Source of the DNA: Solirubrobacterales bacterium
Lineage (GTDB): Bacteria; Actinomycetota; Thermoleophilia; Solirubrobacterales; 70-9
NCBI GenBank assembly: GCA_040904405.1
Contig: JBBDTK010000018.1
Span: forward strand, 2,090 to 56,007
DNA: 53,918 nt
Direction: 5' to 3'
The notes below the pieces were generated by a model. It was not told the DNA's origin. It did not search any database and saw nothing but the letters and a program-made list of their open reading frames with translations. Below, piece by piece: positions 16,646 to 24,970 of this stretch (position 1 is the first letter of the stretch; every line of letters begins with the position of its first letter). Both the position numbers and the translations under genes were made by a program.

Positions 16646-18301
16646 CTAACGGCAGACGCGAACGGCCTGGGAGGCCTCGACCTGGAGGCGCCAGGGCTGC
16701 GGCGCGCGGTCGGGAGGAACCCGCAGCAAGGTCACCGACCCACCCGGGGCGCCTTCGGTGGGCACGGGGTATTCGCCGGTGGCGAAGCGGCGCAGCGAGA
16801 AGATCGCCTGAGGGCCCGGCGCGACCTCGATCCGAGTCGGGCCGGGGGCGAGCCGGATCTCGCGGGCCGGTGCGGCGGCGGGGGCGAACTCGACGCAGTT
16901 CTCGCTCCCGCCGCCGGGGTCGTAGGCGTCGCGATCGGTCGAGGTCGAGAGCGGCAGCGCCTGCGAGAGGACGATGTCGGCCTGGCGCCGTCCGTAGTCG
17001 GGCGCCTCTCCCAGCTCTTCGGGGCTGTAGGCGGGCGAGCCGTACTCGTCGACCGCCGTCAGGTACTTGCGTGCTTGCACGTCGATCAGCGTCGTCGTGC
17101 CGGCGACCTCGGGGCTGAGCCGGAACTCAGGATCCACCGATCCCCTCGCGATCTCGATCGCCGCGAGGTCGGACTGGGTCAGAACGGATTGCCGCAGCAG
17201 CGAGTCCCTGCCGTTCTCCAGAACCACCAGATTGACCGACACGGCGACGACGGTAACGCCCGCCCCGACCACCAGCGCCCGCCTGCCGAAGCGCACGCCT
17301 TGGAGCAGGTTGGCCAGCAGCAGCAGCACCAGCACGCCGCCCATGTACTGGTAACGGCTGGAGGTCGGGTCGCGGCCCGGGATCTGGTTGAAGGCGGTCA
17401 GGAACCAGTTGGCCGCGGCGGCGGCGGCCACTGGCCAGAAACCGACGGCGAAACCGGGCTTGCGCACCTGGCGGTAGGCGAAGGCGGCGACCAGCGCGAC
17501 GAGCAGCGCCCGGCCCCAGACGGGGTCCGTCGAGTTGTCGAACGGGTTGGTGCCGAGGCCGAATACCGAGCCGGTCGCGATCGCCGCCGACTCGAGCACG
17601 AAGCGGGGCGAGGCGAGCACGTTGCGCAGCGAGACATGCGTCTCCGCATCCGAGCCCCAACCCAGATACCAGAACGCGTAGAGCACAACCGGGAGCGCGA
17701 CGAGGTAGGCGCGCCGCAGACCGCGGCCGCGTCGTTTCTGCACGACGTCGACCGCCGCCGCCGCCGCGAAGGGGAGCGCGACGCTGGAGAAGCCGAAGGA
17801 GAGGAGCAGGAACGCGCAAGCGGCGAGATCGCCCTTTCGGTCGTCTCGGTCGAGTGCCAGCAACATCGCCAGTCCGAACAGGACCGAGCCGACGAAGCTG
17901 AGCTCGAACGGCCACAGCAGGACCTCCCAGGCCGGGCCGAGGAAGAGCAGCAGGACGGCGGCGAACAGCGCCGGCCACGCTCCGAGGCGACGCCTGACGT
18001 AGAGGAAGAGCAGCCAGGCCGTGGCCGCCAGAGCGACCGCCAGCAGCACGTATTCCGGCGTCGCGTCGCTCATCCCGAAGAGCCGGATGAGCAGCTGCTC
18101 GATCGCGACCGGGATCACGACGATGTGCTCGTTGTGCGGCGCCAGCAGCGAGTCGGCGGTGACCTGGCGGCGGTTCATCAGGAACTCCCAGGTGTCCTGG
18201 ATGAACGTCATCTCCCGGGTCAGGTAGACCAGCAGCGCCACCGAGAAGGCCATCGCGAGGCCGAGCAGCGCCGCGGGAGCGTTGCGATTGATCCTCTCCA
18301 T
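16646..18301 (-). CDS. Uncharacterised polytopic membrane protein (candidate GT-C-type glycosyltransferase) with C-terminal extracytoplasmic domain
   Basis: 551-aa ORF with roughly 10 or more hydrophobic helices followed by a ~170-aa soluble tail. No diagnostic motif was recognised. The function is inferred from context only. Confidence 0.7.
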   Translation of the reverse strand: MERINRNAPAALLGLAMAFSVALLVYLTREMTFIQDTWEFLMNRRQVTADSLLAPHNEHIVVIPVAIEQLLIRLFGMSDATPEYVLLAVALAATAWLLFLYVRRRLGAWPALFAAVLLLFLGPAWEVLLWPFELSFVGSVLFGLAMLLALDRDDRKGDLAACAFLLLSFGFSSVALPFAAAAAVDVVQKRRGRGLRRAYLVALPVVLYAFWYLGWGSDAETHVSLRNVLASPRFVLESAAIATGSVFGLGTNPFDNSTDPVWGRALLVALVAAFAYRQVRKPGFAVGFWPVAAAAAANWFLTAFNQIPGRDPTSSRYQYMGGVLVLLLLANLLQGVRFGRRALVVGAGVTVVAVSVNLVVLENGRDSLLRQSVLTQSDLAAIEIARGSVDPEFRLSPEVAGTTTLIDVQARKYLTAVDEYGSPAYSPEELGEAPDYGRRQADIVLSQALPLSTSTDRDAYDPGGGSENCVEFAPAAAPAREIRLAPGPTRIEVAPGPQAIFSLRRFATGEYPVPTEGAPGGSVTLLRVPPDRAPQPWRLQVEASQAVRVCR

Positions 18302-18339
18302 GGCGGGGCGGGAGTGTATTGGCGGGACCCCCCGTCAGC

Positions 18340-20049
18340 TCAGGGCGAGGCTTTCCGCAAGGCGACCGCCGCGAACGCCGCGAGGCTGATGGCGGCAAGC
18401 ACGGCGGCTGACGCCGAGTAGGACGTCCCTGGCTGCGGGGTCAGCGCCGGCAGGTAGAGGATCAGGACCAAGAGAGCGTTGAGGCCGACCATGCCGACCG
18501 CCAGGCGAGGATCCACCGCGTAGGCGCCGGCGACGCAGGCGCAGATCGCCAGCAGCGGCAGGGTCAGGGTGCCGACGTGGATCAGGGTCGGGGACTCGGG
18601 GTTGCCGAACATCAGCAGCGCCCAAGTGGCAGCGGCCAGCGCGCAGTAGCCGAAGGAGAGCAGCGCGAAGCGCCACTCAGGCCCGTCGCGAGGTCCGCGC
18701 AGACGGGCCACGAGCATCGCCACCGGTGCGACCAGCAAGATGCCGAGCAAGGGCAACAGCGAGAAGAACCGGGGCAGCCGCAGGGCGGTCAGGGCTTCCC
18801 CGGCGTCACCTTCCTCGATCCGATCGGCCGCGCCGGCGAACGCCCCTTCGACGTCCCCCTGACCGACCAGTTTCGTCACGTTCCCCCACTTGTTGGCAAG
18901 CGTGCCGTCGACCCCCTCTTCCCGGTATCCGTCGACGATCGTCTCCAGGGCGCCGCGCTCGTCGATCGCCAGCGAACCCCCCAGCTGCCACTTGACAAGC
19001 CGGTCGCCGGGGGGATCGGCGAACCTCTGGTAGGCCGTCCAGGGGCCGAGCAGGACGATCCCGACCAGGGCGGCGATCCCGAGCCAGCGCCAGGTCGGAA
19101 GGCCGCGCAGGGCCGCCACCAAGAGCAGCGGCAGGATGCCGAAGGCGCTGGCGCCGTGGGCGAGCAGCGCCAGGGCGCAGAGCGCCGCGAAGAGGATCGC
19201 GGCATAGGGGCTGCTGCGCAGGCGCGGCCAATCTTCGGAGAGGACCATCGCCAGCGCGCCGAGGATGAAGGCGGCGGCGATCAGCTTCGGCCAGACGAAG
19301 AACCCATGCACGATCGCGATGTCGCTGACCATCGCCGCCAGGATCGCCAGGCCCCTGGCGAGCGGCCGCAGCCGGGCGGCGCAGAGAACGGCCCACATGC
19401 CGACGATCCAGAGCTGCTGGACCACGACCCCGAGCACCTGGTAGTGGAGCCCGTCCCCGTCCCAGCCGAAGGGTCGCTGCGCCAGCACGTAGCCGATCTG
19501 CAGCGGCGGCCGATCGCTGGAGAGCCAATCCCCGAACAGAGGCGCGAACGACGGCGGGCCGACCCCACTGCCGCGATCGAAGAACCAATCGGCGAAGAAG
19601 AGTGGGATTTCGTTGTCGGTTGGAAGCTGATGCGAGAAGCGAGTGGTGGCCACCGCCAGGGGCTGATCGGCGCCGCCGTGGAGGAAGCCGAGGTAGAGAA
19701 CGAAGGCGCTGCCCAGCGCCCACAGCGCCGCCGGCGTCGCCAGCTGCCGAAGGACAGCGCGATCAAGCCGGTCGGGGCGCGCCAGGACGATTCCCTGGAT
19801 CGAGCCCAGCACGACGACGAACGCGACGACCTGGCCGATCAGCGGGTCGGCGTAGAAGGCCCAGAAGGCGAGCATCGCGGTTGCCCCGGAGACGGCGAGC
19901 GCGATAGCGAGCAGCAGAGGCAGGTTGCGCAAGCCGCGCCGCATCGCCACGAAGACCGCCAACGCCGCCGGCAGCGCGGTCAGCGCCAGGTGCTCGACCA
20001 GCAGTCCGAGCAGCTCGAGGTTGGCGCTCATCGACAGCTGGGGCCCCAT
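18340..20049 (-). CDS. Uncharacterised polytopic membrane protein (candidate GT-C-type glycosyltransferase)
   Basis: 569-aa ORF, hydrophobic throughout, with one central soluble loop (…WQLGGSLAIDERGALETIVDGYREEGVDG…). It lies in the same orientation as 16646-18301. Confidence 0.7.
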   Translation of the reverse strand: MGPQLSMSANLELLGLLVEHLALTALPAALAVFVAMRRGLRNLPLLLAIALAVSGATAMLAFWAFYADPLIGQVVAFVVVLGSIQGIVLARPDRLDRAVLRQLATPAALWALGSAFVLYLGFLHGGADQPLAVATTRFSHQLPTDNEIPLFFADWFFDRGSGVGPPSFAPLFGDWLSSDRPPLQIGYVLAQRPFGWDGDGLHYQVLGVVVQQLWIVGMWAVLCAARLRPLARGLAILAAMVSDIAIVHGFFVWPKLIAAAFILGALAMVLSEDWPRLRSSPYAAILFAALCALALLAHGASAFGILPLLLVAALRGLPTWRWLGIAALVGIVLLGPWTAYQRFADPPGDRLVKWQLGGSLAIDERGALETIVDGYREEGVDGTLANKWGNVTKLVGQGDVEGAFAGAADRIEEGDAGEALTALRLPRFFSLLPLLGILLVAPVAMLVARLRGPRDGPEWRFALLSFGYCALAAATWALLMFGNPESPTLIHVGTLTLPLLAICACVAGAYAVDPRLAVGMVGLNALLVLILYLPALTPQPGTSYSASAAVLAAISLAAFAAVALRKASP

Positions 20050-20150
20050 GCCCCCACGGAAAAGGTCCTCGGGCGGAGCAACATGGCCGGAAAGCTTCCC
20101 ATCGCTGTCAAACCCCGGGCCGCACGAGGGTGGCGGCTACACTGCGCGCG

Positions 20151-20435
20151 ATGTCCGACCCGACCACTTCGGCCGAGCCTAGCCCGGGGGCAGAGGAGTC
20201 GACCGACACCGAGCTGCGCGAGAAGCTTGCGCGCCAGGATGCGGAGATCCTTCGCTTGCGCGACCTGTTGATCAGCAAGGACGTCGAACTCGGCGCCGCG
20301 AAGGGTCGCCTGGCCGAGCTCGACGATCGCTCCGCGCGGCTCGCCAGCCTTGCGGCGCGGATCGAAAACCGCGTGCCTGGATTCGGCCGATTGGTCGGCG
20401 CGGCGGTGCGGGCGATGCGCAGCCAGCGACGCTAG
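20151..20435 (+). CDS. Small coiled-coil protein
   Basis: Sequence is MSDPTTSAEPSPGAEESTDTELREKLARQDAEILRLRDLLISKDVELGAAKGRLAELDDRSARLASLAARIE, which is heptad-like. It ends 8 nt before the dual GT2 gene. An alternative start is GTG 20130. Confidence 0.5.
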   Translation: MSDPTTSAEPSPGAEESTDTELREKLARQDAEILRLRDLLISKDVELGAAKGRLAELDDRSARLASLAARIENRVPGFGRLVGAAVRAMRSQRR

Positions 20436-20443
20436 GCGCGCTG

Positions 20444-22099
20444 ATGGCCGCGCCGCGCTTCTCGATCCTCACCCCTGTCTACGAGACCCCGGCCGAGGTG
20501 CTGCGCAAGACGCTGCGCTCGGTGCGGCGGCAGAGCTACGGCGACTGGGAGCTCTGCCTCGTCGACGACGGCTCGCGGCAGCCGCAGGTGCGTGCCCTGC
20601 TCGAGAAGGCCGCGGCCGAGGATGCGCGGATCAGGGTCGAACACCGGGCGCAGAACGGCGGCATCGTCGAGGCCTCCAACGACGCGCTGGCGATGGCGCG
20701 CGGCGAGTTCGTCGCCCTGCTCGACCACGACGACGAGCTGCACCCGGACGCGCTGGCGCTCGTCGCGGAGGCGCTCGAAGCCAACCCCGAGGCCGACTAC
20801 CTCTACACCGACGAGGACAAGATCGACGGCCGCGGGCGCCACTCCGCCGCCTTCTTCAAGCCCGACTGGTCGCCCGAGCGGATGCGGACCCAGATGTACA
20901 CCTGCCACCTCAGCGTGCTGCGCCGCTCGCTGGTCGAGGAGGTCGGTGGCTTCGACCCCGGGCTCGCCGGCGCCCAGGACTGGGACCTGGTGCTCAAGGT
21001 GACCGAGCGGGCCCGCGCGATCGTCCACGTCCCGCGGGTGCTCTACCACTGGCGCATGCTCGACAGCTCCGCCGCGAGCGCTGCCGAGGCCAAGCCATGG
21101 GCCTTCGAGGCGGGCAGGCGGGCGGTGCAGGCGCACTGCGAGCGGATCGGCCTGCCCGCCGAGGTCGAGCTCGACGGCGCCGATCCGGGCGTGCTGCACC
21201 TGCAGCCCAAGCTCGAGCGCCAGCCGCCGGTCAGCATCGTGATCCCGACCGGCGGCCAGGTCCGCGACGTCCGCTTCGAGCCCGTCGTGCTGATCGCCAA
21301 CTGCGTGCGCAGCATCATCGAGCGCTCCTCCTACGAGAACTACGAGATCGTCGTCGTCGTCGACGAGGGAATCGACCCCGAGACGATCGAGGAGCTGCGC
21401 GCGATCGCCGGCGAGCGGCTGCGGATCGTCGAGTTCGAGGGCGAGTTCGACTTCTCGGCCAAGGTCAACCGCGGCGTCGTGCAGAGCCGCGGCGAGCACG
21501 TGCTGCTGCTCAACGACGACATCGAGGTGACCGCGCCCGAGTGGCTCCAGCGCATGGTGATGTACTCCGAGCGCGAGGAGATCGGGGTCGTCGGCGGGCG
21601 GCTGGTCTGGGGCGACGGTCGCCTCCAGCACGTCGGCGTCAGCTTCGAAAACGGACTGCCCGGACACCTCTACCGGGGCTTCGCCGGCGACTTCCCCGGC
21701 TACATGAACGCCGTGCTGATCGCGCGCAACTGCCTCGCGGTGACCGGCGCCTGCCTGATGACCCGGCGCGACGTCTTCCAGGAGGTCGGCGGCCTGACCA
21801 CCGAGTTCCCGGTCAACTTCAACGACGTCGACTACTGCCTGAAGGTCCACCGCAGCGGCAGGCGGATCGTCTACGACCCCGACCTGATCCTCTACCACTT
21901 CGAGTCCTCGAGCCGCTCGCCCGAGGTCGAGAAATGGGAGTTCGAGCTGCTGACCGAGCGCTGGCGGCGCTTCGCCGCCGTCGACCCCTTCGGCAACCCG
22001 AACCTGCACCGCGGCGTGCCCCGCCTCAGCGCCCCGCTCGCCTGGGCACGGCGCAGGCTCCCGCGCCCGCTCAGGCTCGCCGGTAGTCGCCGCGGCTGA
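20444..22099 (+). CDS. Two-domain family 2 glycosyltransferase
   Basis: The first GT2 module is FSILTPVYETP…LVDDGS…LLDHDDEL…AQDWDL. The second is VSIVIPTGG…VVVVDEG…LLNDDIEV…GACLMTRR…NDVDYCLK. Confidence 0.88.
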   Translation: MAAPRFSILTPVYETPAEVLRKTLRSVRRQSYGDWELCLVDDGSRQPQVRALLEKAAAEDARIRVEHRAQNGGIVEASNDALAMARGEFVALLDHDDELHPDALALVAEALEANPEADYLYTDEDKIDGRGRHSAAFFKPDWSPERMRTQMYTCHLSVLRRSLVEEVGGFDPGLAGAQDWDLVLKVTERARAIVHVPRVLYHWRMLDSSAASAAEAKPWAFEAGRRAVQAHCERIGLPAEVELDGADPGVLHLQPKLERQPPVSIVIPTGGQVRDVRFEPVVLIANCVRSIIERSSYENYEIVVVVDEGIDPETIEELRAIAGERLRIVEFEGEFDFSAKVNRGVVQSRGEHVLLLNDDIEVTAPEWLQRMVMYSEREEIGVVGGRLVWGDGRLQHVGVSFENGLPGHLYRGFAGDFPGYMNAVLIARNCLAVTGACLMTRRDVFQEVGGLTTEFPVNFNDVDYCLKVHRSGRRIVYDPDLILYHFESSSRSPEVEKWEFELLTERWRRFAAVDPFGNPNLHRGVPRLSAPLAWARRRLPRPLRLAGSRRG

Positions 22100-22802
22100 G
22101 CGTGCGCTCCAGCCAGACGTAGAGCACGATGAAGAGGTAGCGGCTGCCCATCTCTTTCATCGCCAGCTTCGCGACGCCGCTGGTTCGGTTGGTCCAGGAG
22201 GTCGGGATCACCTCGTAGCTGTGCCCGCGGACGATCGCCTTCAGCGGCATCTCGACGGTCAGGTTGAAGTGCTTGGAGAGCAGCGGCTGGATCGTCTCGA
22301 TCACCTCGCGCCGGTAGCCCTTGAAGGCGTTGGTCGTGTCGTTGTAGCGGTGGCGGAAGAGGACCCGGATGAACCAGTTGGCGAGGCGGTTGATCGTCAG
22401 CTTCAGCCGCGGGTAGTCGTGGATCTCGGCGCCGGGGACGAAGCGCGAGCCGAAGGCGCAGTCCCAGCCCGCTTCGAGGATGCGGTGGTAGCGAGCCAGG
22501 TCCTCCGGGTCGTCGGAGGCGTCGGCCATCGTGATCACCACCGCGTCGCCCTCGAAGACGTCGAGCCCGGCGCGGATCGCCATCCCGAAGCCCTTTTCGT
22601 AGTGCGAGGGGTGGCAGCGCACCCGCGGGTTCCCGGCGCCGATCGCTTCGACCACGGCGGCGGTCGAGTCCTCGCTGCCGTCGTCGACGACCACCACCTC
22701 GTAGTCGACTCCCTCGCGCTCGAGCACGGCGACGACGCCCTCGACCGTCTTGCCGACCGAGCCCTCCTCGTTCTGGGCCGGGATGACGACCGAGAGCTTC
22801 AC
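22071..22802 (-). CDS. Family 2 glycosyltransferase, polyprenyl-phosphate sugar synthase-like (DPM1/GtrB type, soluble form)
   Basis: GTG 22802 overlaps the upstream SDR stop (GTGA). Sequence is [16 protein letters not shown]…[12 protein letters not shown]…[12 protein letters not shown]…NAFKGYRR. Confidence 0.85.
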   Translation of the reverse strand: MKLSVVIPAQNEEGSVGKTVEGVVAVLEREGVDYEVVVVDDGSEDSTAAVVEAIGAGNPRVRCHPSHYEKGFGMAIRAGLDVFEGDAVVITMADASDDPEDLARYHRILEAGWDCAFGSRFVPGAEIHDYPRLKLTINRLANWFIRVLFRHRYNDTTNAFKGYRREVIETIQPLLSKHFNLTVEMPLKAIVRGHSYEVIPTSWTNRTSGVAKLAMKEMGSRYLFIVLYVWLERTLSRGDYRRA

Positions 22803-23872
22803 GCCGCTGCCGCGGTCCAGCGCTCGAGGTTCTGCTCGTGCATCTCCTCGAGGATGTCCTCGATCCCGTAGCGCAGCTTCCAGTCCGGGTAGTCGGCCTG
22901 GAACGGCGCCAGGTCGGAGATCCACCAGCGGTGGTCGCCGATCCGCGGCTCCTCGCCCATCTTCCACTCGAGCTCGCGGCCGGCGATCCGCTCGCAGATC
23001 TCGATCGCCTCCAGCATCGAGCAGTTGCTGGCGCGGCCGCCGCCGATGTTGTAGACGGCAGCGGGGCGGGGCGCTTTGTGGAAGGCCTCGAAGGCGGCGA
23101 TCAGGTCGGCGCTGTGGATGTTGTCGCGGACCTGCTTGCCGGCGTAGCCGAAGACGGTGTAGGGGGTGCCGGTGACGGTGCACTTCATCAGGTAGGCGAG
23201 GAAGCCGTGCAGCTTGGCGCCGGCGTGCTGGGGCCCGGTCAGGCAGCCGCCGCGGAAGCAGACGGTCGGCATCCCGAAGTAGCGCCCGTACTCCTGCACC
23301 AGCAGGTCGGCGGCCGCCTTGGAGACCCCGAACAGCGAGTGGGTCGAGTTGTCGATCGTCATCGAGGTGTCGATCCCCTTGAAGTAGGGATGCGACTCAG
23401 GCAGCTCGAGGCGCTTCTCGAGGTCTTCCAGCGGTAAGCGGTTGGGGGTGTCGCCGTAGACCTTGTTGGTCGAGCAGAAGACGAAGGTCGCGTCGGGGGC
23501 GTGGGCGCGAGCCGCCTCGAGCAGGTTGAGCGTGCCGTTGGCGTTGACCCCGAAGTCGGTCTGGGGATCGCTCGCCGCCCAGTCGTGCGAGGGCTGCGCC
23601 GCCGTGTGGACGATCAGCTCGATCTGGCCGGCGCGCTCGCGGAAGACCTTGTCGACGGCCTCGCGGTCGCGGATGTCGACCTCGCGGCTCTCGAAGCTCG
23701 AGTGGGTCTCGACCAGGCGCTCGGTGACATGGGCGGTCGAGGCCTCGGGGCCGAAGAAGCTCGCCCGCATGTCGTTCTCCAGCCCGACCACGTCGAATCC
23801 TTGGGCGACGAAGTGCTCGACGGCCTCCGAGCCGATCAGCCCTCCCGAGCCGGTGACGATCGCAACCGGCAT
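22799..23872 (-). CDS. Extended SDR, CDP-paratose-2-epimerase-like family, with FxxxK in place of catalytic YxxxK
   Basis: Motifs are [18 protein letters not shown] and [12 protein letters not shown]. The Phe codon is at 23330-23332, where the family normally has Tyr. Confidence 0.85.
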   Translation of the reverse strand: MPVAIVTGSGGLIGSEAVEHFVAQGFDVVGLENDMRASFFGPEASTAHVTERLVETHSSFESREVDIRDREAVDKVFRERAGQIELIVHTAAQPSHDWAASDPQTDFGVNANGTLNLLEAARAHAPDATFVFCSTNKVYGDTPNRLPLEDLEKRLELPESHPYFKGIDTSMTIDNSTHSLFGVSKAAADLLVQEYGRYFGMPTVCFRGGCLTGPQHAGAKLHGFLAYLMKCTVTGTPYTVFGYAGKQVRDNIHSADLIAAFEAFHKAPRPAAVYNIGGGRASNCSMLEAIEICERIAGRELEWKMGEEPRIGDHRWWISDLAPFQADYPDWKLRYGIEDILEEMHEQNLERWTAAAA

Positions 23873-23878
23873 CCGTAT

Positions 23879-24970
23879 CTACTCCTTCCCCCCCGCGGGG
23901 GTGTCGATTTCCAGCGCCGCGGCGATCCGCTCCGGATCGGTTTCGACCCACTCGTGGATGTCGGCCAGCACACGCTCGGCGCTGCGCCGCGGCCGCCACT
24001 CGTCGAGGCCGAACAGCTTCGCGCAGTCGGAGAGGTATACCGGCACGTCGCCCGCCCGCGTCTCCTCGACCGGCTCGATCGGCACCTCGTTGCCGCTCAG
24101 CTCGCGGCAGAGCGCGGTCGTCTCCAGCAGCGAGAGGCTGCACTCGCGGCCGCCGCCGACGTTGAGGACGCGGCCGTCCCAGCCCTGGGGGTCGAGCAGC
24201 TGGCGCTCGACCAGGTCGACCAGGTCCTCGACGTGGAGCAGGTCGCGGACCTGCTTGCCGCGCCCGCCGAAGCCGATGTACTTGAGCGGATTGCGGAAGC
24301 GGTGGGCGAGCATCCAGTGGGTGAACACGCCCTGGTCGACCTTGCCCATCTGCCAGGGCCCGGCGATCACGCCGCAGCGGTCGACGACGGCGCGCAGGCC
24401 GAAGGCCGCCCGGTACTCCTCGATCAAGAGCTCGGCGGCCAGCTTGGTCGTGCCGTAGAGCGTGCGGGCGCCGCCCAGCGGGAAGCCCTCGGAGATGCCG
24501 GCCGCGGAGACCCCTGCCACATCCTGCTGGTCGAGCAGCTCGAAGCGCGTCTCCTCCTCGCTCAGCCTCAACCCCACCTGCGGCTCGACCGGGTAGACGC
24601 GGCTGGTCGAGAGGAAGACCATGAAGGCGCCGTCGCGGCGGGCCAGCTCGAGGCAGTTGTAGGCGCCGGTGAGGTTGGTGTGCAGGAGGTAGGAGGTGTC
24701 GCCGTCGACGCCGCTCATCACCGATGGCTCGGCCGAGCACTCGATCAGGACCGAGACCTGCGGCAGCCGGCGCAGGTCGTCGGGCTCGCGCACGTCCCCC
24801 TTGACGAACTCGACCCCGGCCTGCTCCAGCCGCGGCAGGTTCAGCTCGGAGCCCCGGCGGTAGAGGTTGTCGAAGGCGAGAACCTCCCAGTCGGGGTGGC
24901 GGCCGGCGAGCGAGACCGCGAGGTTGGAGCCGACGAAGCCGGCGCCGCCGGTGACGAGCAGGGTGTTCAT
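23879..24970 (-). CDS. Extended SDR NAD-dependent epimerase/dehydratase (CDP-paratose-2-epimerase-like)
   Basis: Motifs are VTGGAGFVGSN, LSTSRVY and a canonical YGTTKLAAE. Confidence 0.88.
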   Translation of the reverse strand: MNTLLVTGGAGFVGSNLAVSLAGRHPDWEVLAFDNLYRRGSELNLPRLEQAGVEFVKGDVREPDDLRRLPQVSVLIECSAEPSVMSGVDGDTSYLLHTNLTGAYNCLELARRDGAFMVFLSTSRVYPVEPQVGLRLSEEETRFELLDQQDVAGVSAAGISEGFPLGGARTLYGTTKLAAELLIEEYRAAFGLRAVVDRCGVIAGPWQMGKVDQGVFTHWMLAHRFRNPLKYIGFGGRGKQVRDLLHVEDLVDLVERQLLDPQGWDGRVLNVGGGRECSLSLLETTALCRELSGNEVPIEPVEETRAGDVPVYLSDCAKLFGLDEWRPRRSAERVLADIHEWVETDPERIAAALEIDTPAGGKE

